From Tepidisphaera sp. (GTDB lineage Bacteria > Planctomycetota > Phycisphaerae > Phycisphaerales > UBA1924): DNA of 64,000 nucleotides. This document shows, piece after piece, positions 20,401 through 29,020 of this stretch. The stretch spans positions 64,001 to 128,000 of the forward strand of contig CP051526.1 in NCBI GenBank assembly GCA_050916045.1, written 5' to 3'. Position 1 is the first letter of the stretch; each line of letters opens with the position of its first letter. The position numbers and the translations under genes were made by a program. A model generated the notes under the pieces. It searched no databases. It was not told the DNA's origin and saw nothing but the letters and a program-made list of their open reading frames with translations.

Positions 20401-22974
20401 TCAGCAGCCCGACTCATAGGCTTCGACGAAGGCGTCGTAGTCGAAGAAGTCGGCGAAGCCGTCGCCGTTGAAGTCAGCCGAGCGGCCGGGCGGGCACGAG
20501 CCGGTCTCGTAGCAGTTGACGTAATCGTCGTAGTCAAAGAAGTCCAGGAAGCCGTCGCCGTTGAAGTCCGGGGCGCACGGGATGGTGCAGGTCAGGGTCA
20601 CCGAGCCGGCGCCGGCTGCGGCCGAAGCCGCGCCGCCGATACGGATGGTGTAGTTCTGGCCGGCGACGACCGGGATCGTCAGCCTGCTGCCCGTGCCGCA
20701 GGTGGCGTCATTGTCGTTGCAGGCCAGCAGGCGGGCCTGCTGGTTGGTGCAGCCGGCGCCGGAGAGGACCGCGATGCGGGTGTCGAACGAGGAGCCGCAG
20801 GTCGAGATCGTCAGGTTGCCCGTGCACTGCGACGGGTAGTTGAACCAGATGTCGTTGTGGATCTGGAACGTGCCGTTGCAGGTCAGGGAGACGCCGTCGG
20901 TCGTCGCGCCCGTGGTGTTGAAGCTGGATGTGCCCAGCGAGATGCCCGCGCGGTTGTTGCAGTCATCGTTCAGCGGCGGGATCACGCCGCCGCCGCCCGT
21001 GACGAGGACGCCGAAGTTGCCCGTGGCGCCCTGGTAGCCGGCGACGCGGATGTAGTACGTGGTGCCGGCGGTGGCGTTGAACTGCACGCTGGAGCTCAGG
21101 CCGCAGCTGTCGTCGTTGCAGACGACCTGCGTCAGAGCGCCGCAGGAGCCGCTATGCACCGAGAGAACCGAGTCATAGTTGGTGCCCGTGCAGAGGTCGA
21201 CGGTGACCTGGCCGCTGGTGCGGGCGCGGTACTTGTACCAGACGTCCGCCGAGTCGGCGGCGCTGCCGCAGGTCGCGGTGCCGTCGTCGGTGGCCAAGGT
21301 CGTCGTTCCGTTCACACGGGTGCCGGCGGCGAGCCACTGGGCGTTGGCGCAGGCGTCGTTGGCGGGCGGCTGAGGGCCGCAGTTGAGGCCCGAGAGGGTC
21401 AGCGTGCCGGCACCCTGGGCTGCGTTGAAGCCGCCGACGCGGATGAGGTAGGTGTTGCCGCCCACGACGGGCATCGTGAACTGAGATCCGAGGTTGCAGC
21501 CGCCGTCATCGTCCGAGCAAGCCAGAAGCTGGCCGGGGCCCGAGGGGCAGGCCGCGTACGCGCCGATCTTGGTGTCGAACGCGGTTCCGCAGGTCGAGAC
21601 CGTCAGGTTGCCCGAGCACTCGGCGGTGAAGCGGTACCAGAGGTCCGAGCCGATGTTGGTGTAGTTGCTCACCACACAGTTGTTGGGCTCGTTGGGGCCG
21701 TCGGTGTCGGCGTTGGTGTTGTCGAACGCGGTGGCACCCATACTGATCGCCGCGGCGTTGGCGCAGGAATCGTTGATGGGATGGAAGAGGCCGTCGGGGC
21801 TCGGCGCGACGACGGTCGTCGAGACGGCCGTCGGCGTGCCGGGCTTGAAGAGCGTGATCGTGCCCTGGCCGCCGGCGGGCGGGATGTTGGTGACAAAGCG
21901 GAAGTTGTAGATGGTGTCCCAGCGGAGCGCGTTGGCGTTGACGTTCTGGGAGTGCGTCTGGGTTGACCAGACGATCGCGGAACCTGTGTTGGTCGCGGTC
22001 CAGTCGGTGTTGGTGTAGGGCTCCCCGGAGTGGTAGTCGACGTCGGTGAACCCGATGTCGGTCACGACTGCGCCGGCCGGGATCGGGATCGAGAAGGACT
22101 GGCCCGACCGGTCGGAGTTGAGGTTCTGAACGGCGAACTCGTAGCTCCACTGGCCGTTGCCGAGGTTGGTGGCTTTGGAGCCGACCCAGAACCGGCCGTC
22201 GTTGGGGACGTCGACGGAGGTGAGCAGGACGTTGGGGTCAGGGATGCCGACGCCGCCACCGTGATCACGCCAGGCGAAGATGGCGGGGCTGGTGCGGACG
22301 GTGCTGCCCTGCAGGGTCATGTTCTTGTTGCCCGCATCGATGCCGATGCGGCGGTAGGACTGGTTGTTGTGCTTGTTGCCGCTCGCGGCGTCTTCGGGCT
22401 GGACGTACATGCTGGAGACGAAGTAGGTCGCTCCGGAATTGCCGAGCTTGGTGTCGGGGGCGATCAGTCGCTTGGCGAGCGTCGCTTGGCCGGAGCCTTG
22501 GTTGACCCACGGATAGGGGAAGTAGCCGTTGGCGGCGTTGACTTCAGACTTGGGGCCAAGGCCGCCCTGGCTGCCGTTGAGGCTTCCGCTGTAGGGGTCC
22601 GAGCAGCCGGGGTAGAGAGCCGGGCAGGAGCCGCCGGGCGTGCAGCTCGCGCAGAGGTTGCCCTGGAGGGCGCAGAACCCGTGCTTGAGCCAGGCTTGGC
22701 CGATCTGCTCGAAGCGGCCGTTGAGCAGGCGGTACATGTTCTGGGAGATGACCGGGTGCTGGTTGTTGCCGGAGATCCAGGTAAGCGGTTGGTCGCCCAG
22801 GTTGCAGGAGATGGTGCCGATGGCGTAGGCACGCATCCCGTTGACCGCGCCGCCCGACGTGTAGTTCTGCGGGTCGTACAGGTCGCCGACGATGACGTCG
22901 GGGCCGGGGTTTTGCGCGTGGGCCGCGCCAGCCAGCGCGGCAAGAGCGGCGAGTGAACAGAAGGTCTTCAGCAT
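20401..22974 (-). CDS. Secreted multi-domain protein: Cys-rich N-domain, three PxNDxCxN beta-sandwich repeats, GC-terminated dockerin tag
   Basis: Signal peptide AAHA-Q; repeats HPINDSCANA, PPANDACANA and PPLNDDCNNR each ending YxIRVxG; ends YESGC. Confidence 0.88.
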   Translation of the reverse strand: MLKTFCSLAALAALAGAAHAQNPGPDVIVGDLYDPQNYTSGGAVNGMRAYAIGTISCNLGDQPLTWISGNNQHPVISQNMYRLLNGRFEQIGQAWLKHGFCALQGNLCASCTPGGSCPALYPGCSDPYSGSLNGSQGGLGPKSEVNAANGYFPYPWVNQGSGQATLAKRLIAPDTKLGNSGATYFVSSMYVQPEDAASGNKHNNQSYRRIGIDAGNKNMTLQGSTVRTSPAIFAWRDHGGGVGIPDPNVLLTSVDVPNDGRFWVGSKATNLGNGQWSYEFAVQNLNSDRSGQSFSIPIPAGAVVTDIGFTDVDYHSGEPYTNTDWTATNTGSAIVWSTQTHSQNVNANALRWDTIYNFRFVTNIPPAGGQGTITLFKPGTPTAVSTTVVAPSPDGLFHPINDSCANAAAISMGATAFDNTNADTDGPNEPNNCVVSNYTNIGSDLWYRFTAECSGNLTVSTCGTAFDTKIGAYAACPSGPGQLLACSDDDGGCNLGSQFTMPVVGGNTYLIRVGGFNAAQGAGTLTLSGLNCGPQPPANDACANAQWLAAGTRVNGTTTLATDDGTATCGSAADSADVWYKYRARTSGQVTVDLCTGTNYDSVLSVHSGSCGALTQVVCNDDSCGLSSSVQFNATAGTTYYIRVAGYQGATGNFGVLVTGGGGVIPPLNDDCNNRAGISLGTSSFNTTGATTDGVSLTCNGTFQIHNDIWFNYPSQCTGNLTISTCGSSFDTRIAVLSGAGCTNQQARLLACNDNDATCGTGSRLTIPVVAGQNYTIRIGGAASAAAGAGSVTLTCTIPCAPDFNGDGFLDFFDYDDYVNCYETGSCPPGRSADFNGDGFADFFDYDAFVEAYESGC

Positions 22975-23166
22975 GGTCGAAAGCTCCGTGGCCGCCGACT
23001 GACGGCCGTTACACAACGAGTTGGCGCAGGACCGTTTCCCTCCGCGGAAACGACTCGCCAGTCGCAGTCTAACTCATCGGCGGGTTGCCCGATAGTGCAA
23101 ATGCCCGATTTCGTGTTTTTCTGCCCGATGAAACGGCTGGGGGGCTTCGATCGGTTGGGCCGGCGG

Positions 23167-24972
23167 CTACCGCCGGTTTCGGTGGCACCAGGTCCGAATA
23201 TCCACGGCGGACCAGGCGTTCACGCAGCCCGCGGGGTGGACCCACCCGCGACGTGCGGTGGCGATCCCGTAGCGCAGGTTGTCGAAATCCTCCCGCTCGT
23301 GCACATCGCAGTCGATGGCGATGAGGCAGCCGAGCCGGACGGCTTCGCGGACATGGGTGTCGCGGAGGTCAAGCCGCATCCAGTGGCTGTTGATCTCAAG
23401 GGCGACACGGTTTTCCTTCGCGGCGGCGAAGATCTCGCCCATGCGGGGGGAGAGGCCGGGTCGGCGGTTGATGAGGCGTCCGGTGGGGTGGCCGAGGATG
23501 CTGACCAGCGGATGACGGACGGCGGCGAGGAGGCGGTGGGTGGCTGTTTCCTCGTCCTGGGAGAGCGCGGTGTGGGGTGAGGCGACCACGATGTCGAGTT
23601 GCTTGAGCACCTCATCGGGGTAGTCGAGGGTGCCGTCGGCGAGGATGTCGACCTCGCTGCCGGCGAGGATCTGGATGTGCTTGAGTTTCTCCTGGGCTCG
23701 GCGCACATCCTCGATGTGCTGGAGAAGGCGCTCGACGGACAGACCGCCGGCTTGGGCGCTCGAGCGGGAGTGATCGGTGACGGCGATGGTGTGGAATCCG
23801 CGTTCGGACGCGGCGGATGCGAGTTCTTCGATGGAAAGGCGGCCGTCGGACGCGGTGGTGTGCGCGTGGAGCTCGGCTTTGATGTCCGAAAGGTGGATCG
23901 CGGCCGCCGGGGCGGTTGCCGCGGTTGCGAAGAGGTCAAACTCAGCCGAAGCTTCGCGGAGTTCGGGGGGGATCCAGCGGAAGCCCAAAGCGGCGAAGAC
24001 GTCTTCTTCGGTCGCGGCCGCGATCGGATGGATGTCGGCCCATGAGGGCGGCTCGGACCCCGGCGCCGGCGCGGGGAAGAGGCCGTACTCGTTGAGCGTC
24101 AGGCCCTTTTTCTGGGCGATTTCGCGGAGGTGGACGTTGTGGTCCTTGGAGCCGGTGAAGTACATCAGGGCCGCTCCGAACCGGCCCGGCGGGACGACCT
24201 TGAGGTCGGCTTGGATCTGGGCGACCTGACCCGAGCCCCATCGGGCGGCGCCGCCGGCGGCCGCGACCATGACGGAGCTCTTGCGGTCGCCGGCGGAGAG
24301 GATGGCGGTCACTTCGGGAAAGGAGCGGAACGCAGCGGAAATCGACGCGGCATCGTCGGCTTCGACCAGAAGGTCCAGATCGCCGACGGTTTCGCGTCCG
24401 CGACGGAGCGAGCCGGCGTATTCGCAGCGACGAACGCCGGGGAGGGCGCGGACTCGCGCGGCGAGGCGTTCGGCGAGGGGTGTGATGACGCCGGTGTTCT
24501 GGCGCTGACCGACGGTGTCGGAGAACGTCATGGACTGCTTGAGTTTCTCGACGGACTTGGCTCCCATGCGCGGCAGGGTCAGGATGGAGCCGTCGTCGAT
24601 GATCCGCTTGAGGCCGGCGAGGTCCGTGACTCCGCCCTGGTTCCAGAGCACGGCCACGGTTTTGGGCCCAAGACCCGGCAGTTGCAGGAGATCGAGCAGC
24701 CCTGCGGGGACGCGGGCGATGATCTCGTCGAATTCGGCGATGGTTCCGGACTTGCGGAACTCAATCACCTTGTCGGCGATCTTGGCGCCGACCCCGGGCA
24801 CGGCGAGCAGGGCGGCGCGGTTTTCGGCGAGGGGTCCGAGGTCGCCGGGATAGTCCTCGAACGTGCGGCTTGCCCGAGCGAGGGCGTTGATGCGGAAGGA
24901 GTCTTCGCCGAGGATCTCAAGGACCTTGGCGGCGCGGGAGAAAGCCTCGGCGAGGTTGGCGTTAAAGGACAT
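23167..24972 (-). CDS. polX: DNA polymerase X / PHP 3'-5' exonuclease
   Basis: HhH motifs PGVGAKIA and PGLGPKT, AGSLRRGRETVGDLD, YFTGSKDHN; PHP motifs HAHT, TDHS, GHPTGR. Confidence 0.95.
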   Translation of the reverse strand: MSFNANLAEAFSRAAKVLEILGEDSFRINALARASRTFEDYPGDLGPLAENRAALLAVPGVGAKIADKVIEFRKSGTIAEFDEIIARVPAGLLDLLQLPGLGPKTVAVLWNQGGVTDLAGLKRIIDDGSILTLPRMGAKSVEKLKQSMTFSDTVGQRQNTGVITPLAERLAARVRALPGVRRCEYAGSLRRGRETVGDLDLLVEADDAASISAAFRSFPEVTAILSAGDRKSSVMVAAAGGAARWGSGQVAQIQADLKVVPPGRFGAALMYFTGSKDHNVHLREIAQKKGLTLNEYGLFPAPAPGSEPPSWADIHPIAAATEEDVFAALGFRWIPPELREASAEFDLFATAATAPAAAIHLSDIKAELHAHTTASDGRLSIEELASAASERGFHTIAVTDHSRSSAQAGGLSVERLLQHIEDVRRAQEKLKHIQILAGSEVDILADGTLDYPDEVLKQLDIVVASPHTALSQDEETATHRLLAAVRHPLVSILGHPTGRLINRRPGLSPRMGEIFAAAKENRVALEINSHWMRLDLRDTHVREAVRLGCLIAIDCDVHEREDFDNLRYGIATARRGWVHPAGCVNAWSAVDIRTWCHRNRR

Positions 24973-25008
24973 GCTTGGAGGGTACGAAGGCCGCTGTGCC
25001 GCGCGGGG

Positions 25009-25344
25009 CTAGAGGGGCGGGGGCGGGTAGTGTTCGGCGACGTAGCGTTCGACCATGTCGACCATGGCTTCGCGCTCGTCGCGGTCGACGGTGAGGAGGC
25101 TGGCGACCCATCGGCGGACGAGTTCGGGTCCGAGCTGTTGGAGGAGCTCAATGAGCATCTTCGTGTGGTCGTTTGGGGAAAGCGTTCCGGAGCTTGAGAA
25201 CCCGCTGGGGGATTGCCACAGCGGCTGTTTGCGGCTCTGGGGAAGCGGGGGTGGGGGCGGGGGGCTGTGGGGCTGTGCGGGCGCCGGCGGGACCTTCGGC
25301 TTGCCCGACGGTCGCGTGCGACGCGCGGAGGCCGGCTTGGCCAT
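25009..25344 (-). CDS. Hypothetical protein (111 aa) overlapping the XRE gene
   Basis: RBS CAGGAG; basic/Pro-rich N-terminus, helical C-domain LIELLQQLGPELVRRWVASLL. Alternative start at 25158. Confidence 0.6.
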   Translation of the reverse strand: MAKPASARRTRPSGKPKVPPAPAQPHSPPPPPPLPQSRKQPLWQSPSGFSSSGTLSPNDHTKMLIELLQQLGPELVRRWVASLLTVDRDEREAMVDMVERYVAEHYPPPPL

Positions 25345-25762
25345 CGTGCGACTCCTGGGAAGAGGGCGGGAAAATCGGGCTTGTCGCTGCAGGGGCGCTC
25401 GCGGGGCCGATGGCGCGGAGGCGGGTTTCCATCGACTGGAGGAACAGTTCAAGGCGGTCGACGCGCGAGATGAGCGTTTCGACGGAGGAAGCCAGAGCGG
25501 AGAGAAGCTCGCCCGCGTCGGCTTCGCGGAGGGCGCTTCCCTTGATGTCGGCGGCTTTCATCGGTCCTTTGCCGGTGAGGAGCCATTCGCCCGAAACGCC
25601 GAACGCTTTGCACAGCGACTGGAGGAACTCGACGCTGGGCGCGTACCCGGAGATGTAGCGTCTGACAGTCTCGTGGTTGGTGCCGGTGAGTTCGCCGATA
25701 TAGCGGCTTGACCTTTGGCCGACAACCGCCGCGAGACGCTCGTGAAGTGGGGTGGGATACAC
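25148..25762 (-). CDS. XRE/cI-like HTH transcriptional regulator with coiled coil
   Basis: LHERLAAVV..IGELTGTNHETVRRYISGYAPSVEFLQSLCKAFGVSGEWLLTGKGPM. GTG start 9 nt after TATACT. Confidence 0.85.
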   Translation of the reverse strand: MYPTPLHERLAAVVGQRSSRYIGELTGTNHETVRRYISGYAPSVEFLQSLCKAFGVSGEWLLTGKGPMKAADIKGSALREADAGELLSALASSVETLISRVDRLELFLQSMETRLRAIGPASAPAATSPIFPPSSQESHDGQAGLRASHATVGQAEGPAGARTAPQPPAPTPASPEPQTAAVAIPQRVLKLRNAFPKRPHEDAH

Positions 25763-25838
25763 GGTAACGCGAGTATACAACAAAGCAGATTCTGGTTCTC
25801 GCGCGGTCGAGTCGGTCCTTGTGCACGCGGCAAGCCGG

Positions 25839-25866
25839 TTGACAGAATCGCTCACCGATATATGAT
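25839..25866 (+). promoter_or_regulatory. Near-consensus sigma70 promoter
   Basis: TTGACA-N16-TATGAT, divergent from the XRE gene. Confidence 0.7.
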
Positions 25867-25872
25867 TGCACG

Positions 25873-26259
25873 ATGACGCAAATAAACAAAGGTCTGCCGG
25901 GGTCCCCGCCTCGCCATGCTGGCGGCTTCGGATGGCCATTCTGTGGTTCCGTCGTGGCGATTTTGGGGCTGTTTTCCTGCGACAGAACCGCGTTTCCGGC
26001 TGTTGTGGATAGGGTGGTCCTTTCTCGCTATGCGAGCGGTACCGGGAGCGGGGGTCAGGGCGCAATCAAACGTGATGCGGGTGCAAAGACCCGCGTTGTT
26101 GCGGGTGTGGAAAGGGATTCGTGCGCGCGAATGTTGCACAAATATGTGTCACCATCGGATCGAGCGCGATCCGATGATCAAGGTCGTTGGTCGTCGATGG
26201 TGGAGGGTGTCGATCGGTCGCGTGCCGATTCGTGTCTGGTCCGGGCGGTGCCCGCGTGA
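25873..26259 (+). CDS. Possible leaderless orphan ORF (128 aa)
   Basis: ATG lies 6 nt after the -10 box and the stop overlaps the aquaporin GTG. The protein is unrecognisable and its codon usage is atypical. Confidence 0.3.
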   Translation: MTQINKGLPGSPPRHAGGFGWPFCGSVVAILGLFSCDRTAFPAVVDRVVLSRYASGTGSGGQGAIKRDAGAKTRVVAGVERDSCARMLHKYVSPSDRARSDDQGRWSSMVEGVDRSRADSCLVRAVPA

Positions 26260-26927
26260 ACAAGCTCATCGCCGAGTGGCTAGGGACGTTTTGTCTCGTG
26301 TTCGCGGGCACGGGCGCGATCATTGTCAACGAGGTGACGGGCGGCTCGGTCACGCACGTGGGCGTCGCGCTGACGTTTGGGCTGGTCGTCATGGTCATGA
26401 TCCATGCGTTGGGGGCGGTCTCGGGCGCGCACCTGAACCCGGCGGTTTCCGTGGGGTTGGCGATGGCGGGGCGGTTCCGGTGGCGGAGCATCCCGGGGTA
26501 CGTCCTGGCTCAGGTGGCTGGCGCGCTCGCCGCTTCGTGGCTTCTGAGCGTGCTCTTCCCGGCGAGCGTCACGTTGGGCGCGACGCTTCCGGCCGGGAGC
26601 GATTGGCAGGCGTTCGTGCTTGAGGTCGTGCTGGCGTTCATGCTGATGCTTGTGATTCTGTCGGTCACGTCGATCGGCTCTCGGGTTCGCGCGGATATGG
26701 CGGCCATCGCGGTGGGAGGGGTGGTGGGTCTTGAAGCGATGTTCGCGGGCCCGATCAGCGGGGCTTCGATGAATCCGGCCCGTTCGCTTGGACCAGCGGT
26801 GGTTTCGGGCCATTTCGAGTCGCTTTGGGTTTACATGGCCGCTCCGCTGGTCGGCGTCGGTCTGGCGGTTCTGGCGTGGGCGTTGCTGCGTGGGGGCGAG
26901 GGCCCGAAGGACGGAGCGGCTTTGTGA
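26256..26927 (+). CDS. MIP-family channel (aquaporin/aquaglyceroporin)
   Basis: AEWLGTF, SGAHLNPAVS and SGASMNPARSLGP (two NPA motifs). Confidence 0.95.
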   Translation: MNKLIAEWLGTFCLVFAGTGAIIVNEVTGGSVTHVGVALTFGLVVMVMIHALGAVSGAHLNPAVSVGLAMAGRFRWRSIPGYVLAQVAGALAASWLLSVLFPASVTLGATLPAGSDWQAFVLEVVLAFMLMLVILSVTSIGSRVRADMAAIAVGGVVGLEAMFAGPISGASMNPARSLGPAVVSGHFESLWVYMAAPLVGVGLAVLAWALLRGGEGPKDGAAL

Positions 26928-26970
26928 TCGCCGGGCCGGTGGGGCTTGCCGCGTCGTAGAATGCCCCCCT

Positions 26971-28113
26971 ATGTCTTACACCGTACTCGCGCGCCGATAC
27001 CGCTCCCAGGACTTTGACGAGGTGATCGGTCAGGAAGCGATCTCGCGGACGCTCCGGAACGCGATCGACGCGGGCCGGGTGGCGCACGCGTACCTCTTCT
27101 GCGGGACGCGCGGGGTGGGCAAGACGTCGATGGCGCGGATCTTCGCCAAGGCGCTCAACGGCGGCAGCAAGGAAGTCGACCAGCTCATCATGCAGGGGAA
27201 GGACACCGATGTCATCGAGATCGACGCGGCGAGCAACACTGGCGTCGACAACGTCCGCGAGCTGATCGCCAGTGCGGCGTACCGCCCGCTCCGCGGCAAG
27301 CACAAGATCTACATCATCGACGAAGTCCACATGCTCTCGACCAACGCGTTCAACGCGCTGCTCAAGACCATGGAGGAGCCGCCCGAGCACGTCAAGTTCA
27401 TCCTCTGCACCACCGATCCGCAGAAGGTGCCCCCGACGATCCAGAGCCGGTGCCAGCGGTTTGATTTCCGCAACATCCCCACGGCGGTCATCGCCGAGCA
27501 TCTCAAGTCCGTGGTGAAGCAGGAGGAGATCAAAGCGGATCCCGATCTGCTGTTTCAGGTTGCGCGTCTGGGCAACGGCTCGATGCGCGACAGCTTGAGC
27601 TTGCTCGACCGCGTCATCGCGACGGGGGAGAAGAAGCTCACGGTCAAGCTGCTTGAGGAACTGCTCGGGCTTCCGCCGCAGGAGCTGATGGGAGGGGTGA
27701 TCGACGCGGTCGCGGCCGGGGACGCTCGCGGCGCGCTGGAGCACGCGGATCAGCTTCTCGCGCGGGGGATTTCGATCGATCAGGCGATCGAGACGCTCGT
27801 GGATCGGTTCCGCGACCTGATGATCTTCGCATCGTGCGGGCCCGACACCAAGCTCGTCGAGCTCGCGGAAGGAGCGCGGGAAGCGGAGGTTCAGCGGGCC
27901 AAGCGGTTCGACGCGGCGGGCCTGGTGCACATGATCGCGTTGTGCGAGAACGTGCAGCGCTCGGCGAAGAACAGCGGGAGCCCGCGGGCTCTGCTTGATG
28001 CGCTGCTTGTGCGCCTCGCCATGACGGAAAGGCTCGCGGACGTGACGGCGGTGGTCATGGGCCGTGGGGCGGGGGCCGTGACGGCGGGGAGCGCCGCGGC
28101 AAAAAAACACTGA
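26971..28113 (+). CDS. dnaX: DNA polymerase III subunit gamma/tau, zero-frame (gamma-like, 380 aa) product
   Basis: MSYTVLARRYR, GTRGVGKTS, EIDAAS, IIDEVHML, TIQSRC. Confidence 0.96.
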   Translation: MSYTVLARRYRSQDFDEVIGQEAISRTLRNAIDAGRVAHAYLFCGTRGVGKTSMARIFAKALNGGSKEVDQLIMQGKDTDVIEIDAASNTGVDNVRELIASAAYRPLRGKHKIYIIDEVHMLSTNAFNALLKTMEEPPEHVKFILCTTDPQKVPPTIQSRCQRFDFRNIPTAVIAEHLKSVVKQEEIKADPDLLFQVARLGNGSMRDSLSLLDRVIATGEKKLTVKLLEELLGLPPQELMGGVIDAVAAGDARGALEHADQLLARGISIDQAIETLVDRFRDLMIFASCGPDTKLVELAEGAREAEVQRAKRFDAAGLVHMIALCENVQRSAKNSGSPRALLDALLVRLAMTERLADVTAVVMGRGAGAVTAGSAAAKKH

Positions 28114-28145
28114 CGCCGGCCGAGCCAGCGCCCCGTCGGCCGGCG
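28086..28145 (+). other. Programmed -1 frameshift cassette (internal SD, slippery heptamer, 3' hairpin)
   Basis: GGGGAG 28086-91; A_AAA_AAA 28101-07; 10-bp perfect stem 28114-23/28136-45. Confidence 0.8.
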
Positions 28146-28649
28146 CCCACACCACCTCCACCCCCCAGGATCCATCCCGGGCTGGCTCCCGTGCCGGCCC
28201 CCGCAGTCGTCGTCGCGCCGGTCGCGGCGGTTCGTGGAGCGGATCCGGGCGCGGTGTGGGAGGCGGTGCGTGCGTCGGCGGGGACGTCAAAGTACCTCTC
28301 CGCGATCGTCGGTGAGCTCACGTTCCTCGGGCTTGCCGCGGGCGTTGCGCGGCTTGTGGGGCCGCGAGACATCGTGCAGGCCGCGCGGATGAAGCTCACC
28401 GAGCTTGAGAATCTCTTCAGGCAAGCGAGCGGGTCGCCGGTCAGGGTGCAGATCGAAGCCGCCGTGAGCGAGGTGCGGGAGCAGAACTCCGGGCCCGGGC
28501 TTGCCACGCCCGCTCAACCCCAGGCCCCGCGCGTATCGATGCAGGATCATCCGTTGGTGAAGAAAGCCATGGCGCAGCTCGGAGCGACGTGGGTCCGGGC
28601 ACAGCCAAGAATCAGACCGCCGGGCGAGCCGCCGGTACAAGGAGCGTGA
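28107..28649 (+). CDS. dnaX: -1 frame extension of dnaX encoding the tau C-terminal region (full tau about 559 aa)
   Basis: Open from the slippery site. Pro linker, then VWEAVRAS..LENLFRQASGSPVRVQIE and QDHPLVKKAMAQLGA, resembling tau C-termini. No convincing start of its own. Confidence 0.8.
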   Translation, partial: TLTPAEPAPRRPAPTPPPPPRIHPGLAPVPAPAVVVAPVAAVRGADPGAVWEAVRASAGTSKYLSAIVGELTFLGLAAGVARLVGPRDIVQAARMKLTELENLFRQASGSPVRVQIEAAVSEVREQNSGPGLATPAQPQAPRVSMQDHPLVKKAMAQLGATWVRAQPRIRPPGEPPVQGA

Positions 28650-28651
28650 CG

Positions 28652-29020
28652 ATGTTCGACAAATTCAAAGCGATGGGAGCCATCGCCGGGCTCTTGGGGA
28701 AAAAGGGCGAGATCAAAGCCGCGGTGGAGCGTGTGAAGGAGAAGTCCGCGAAGACCACCGTCACCGGCTCGGGCGGCGGCGGAGCGGTCAAAGCCGTCGT
28801 CTCCGGCCAGCTCAAGGTCGTCTCCATCGAGATCTCGCAGGCTCTGGCCGCCGGCATCGCCGCCGACGAACGCACCCGCGTCCTCGCCGGGAACCTGATC
28901 GTGGAAGCCGTGAACGACGGCCTCCAGCAGGCTCAGGACGCTCTGAAGGACCAGATCGCCGCTGAAGCGAAAGCTCTCGGCTTGCCGGAACTCGGCGGGT
29001 TGGAGCAGTTCACATCGTGA
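28652..29020 (+). CDS. ybaB: YbaB/EbfC nucleoid-associated protein
   Basis: TVTGSGGGGAVKAVVSGQLKVVSIEI..LIVEAVNDG; follows dnaX. Confidence 0.9.
   Translation: MFDKFKAMGAIAGLLGKKGEIKAAVERVKEKSAKTTVTGSGGGGAVKAVVSGQLKVVSIEISQALAAGIAADERTRVLAGNLIVEAVNDGLQQAQDALKDQIAAEAKALGLPELGGLEQFTS

Noticed and set aside
25148..26259. Prophage or integrative element around the XRE gene
   Set aside because: No integrase, phage genes or att-like repeats; the flanks are housekeeping genes.
28191..28649. Independent 152-aa gene after dnaX
   Set aside because: No SD or -10 at its GTG. It is better explained as the -1 frame continuation of dnaX.
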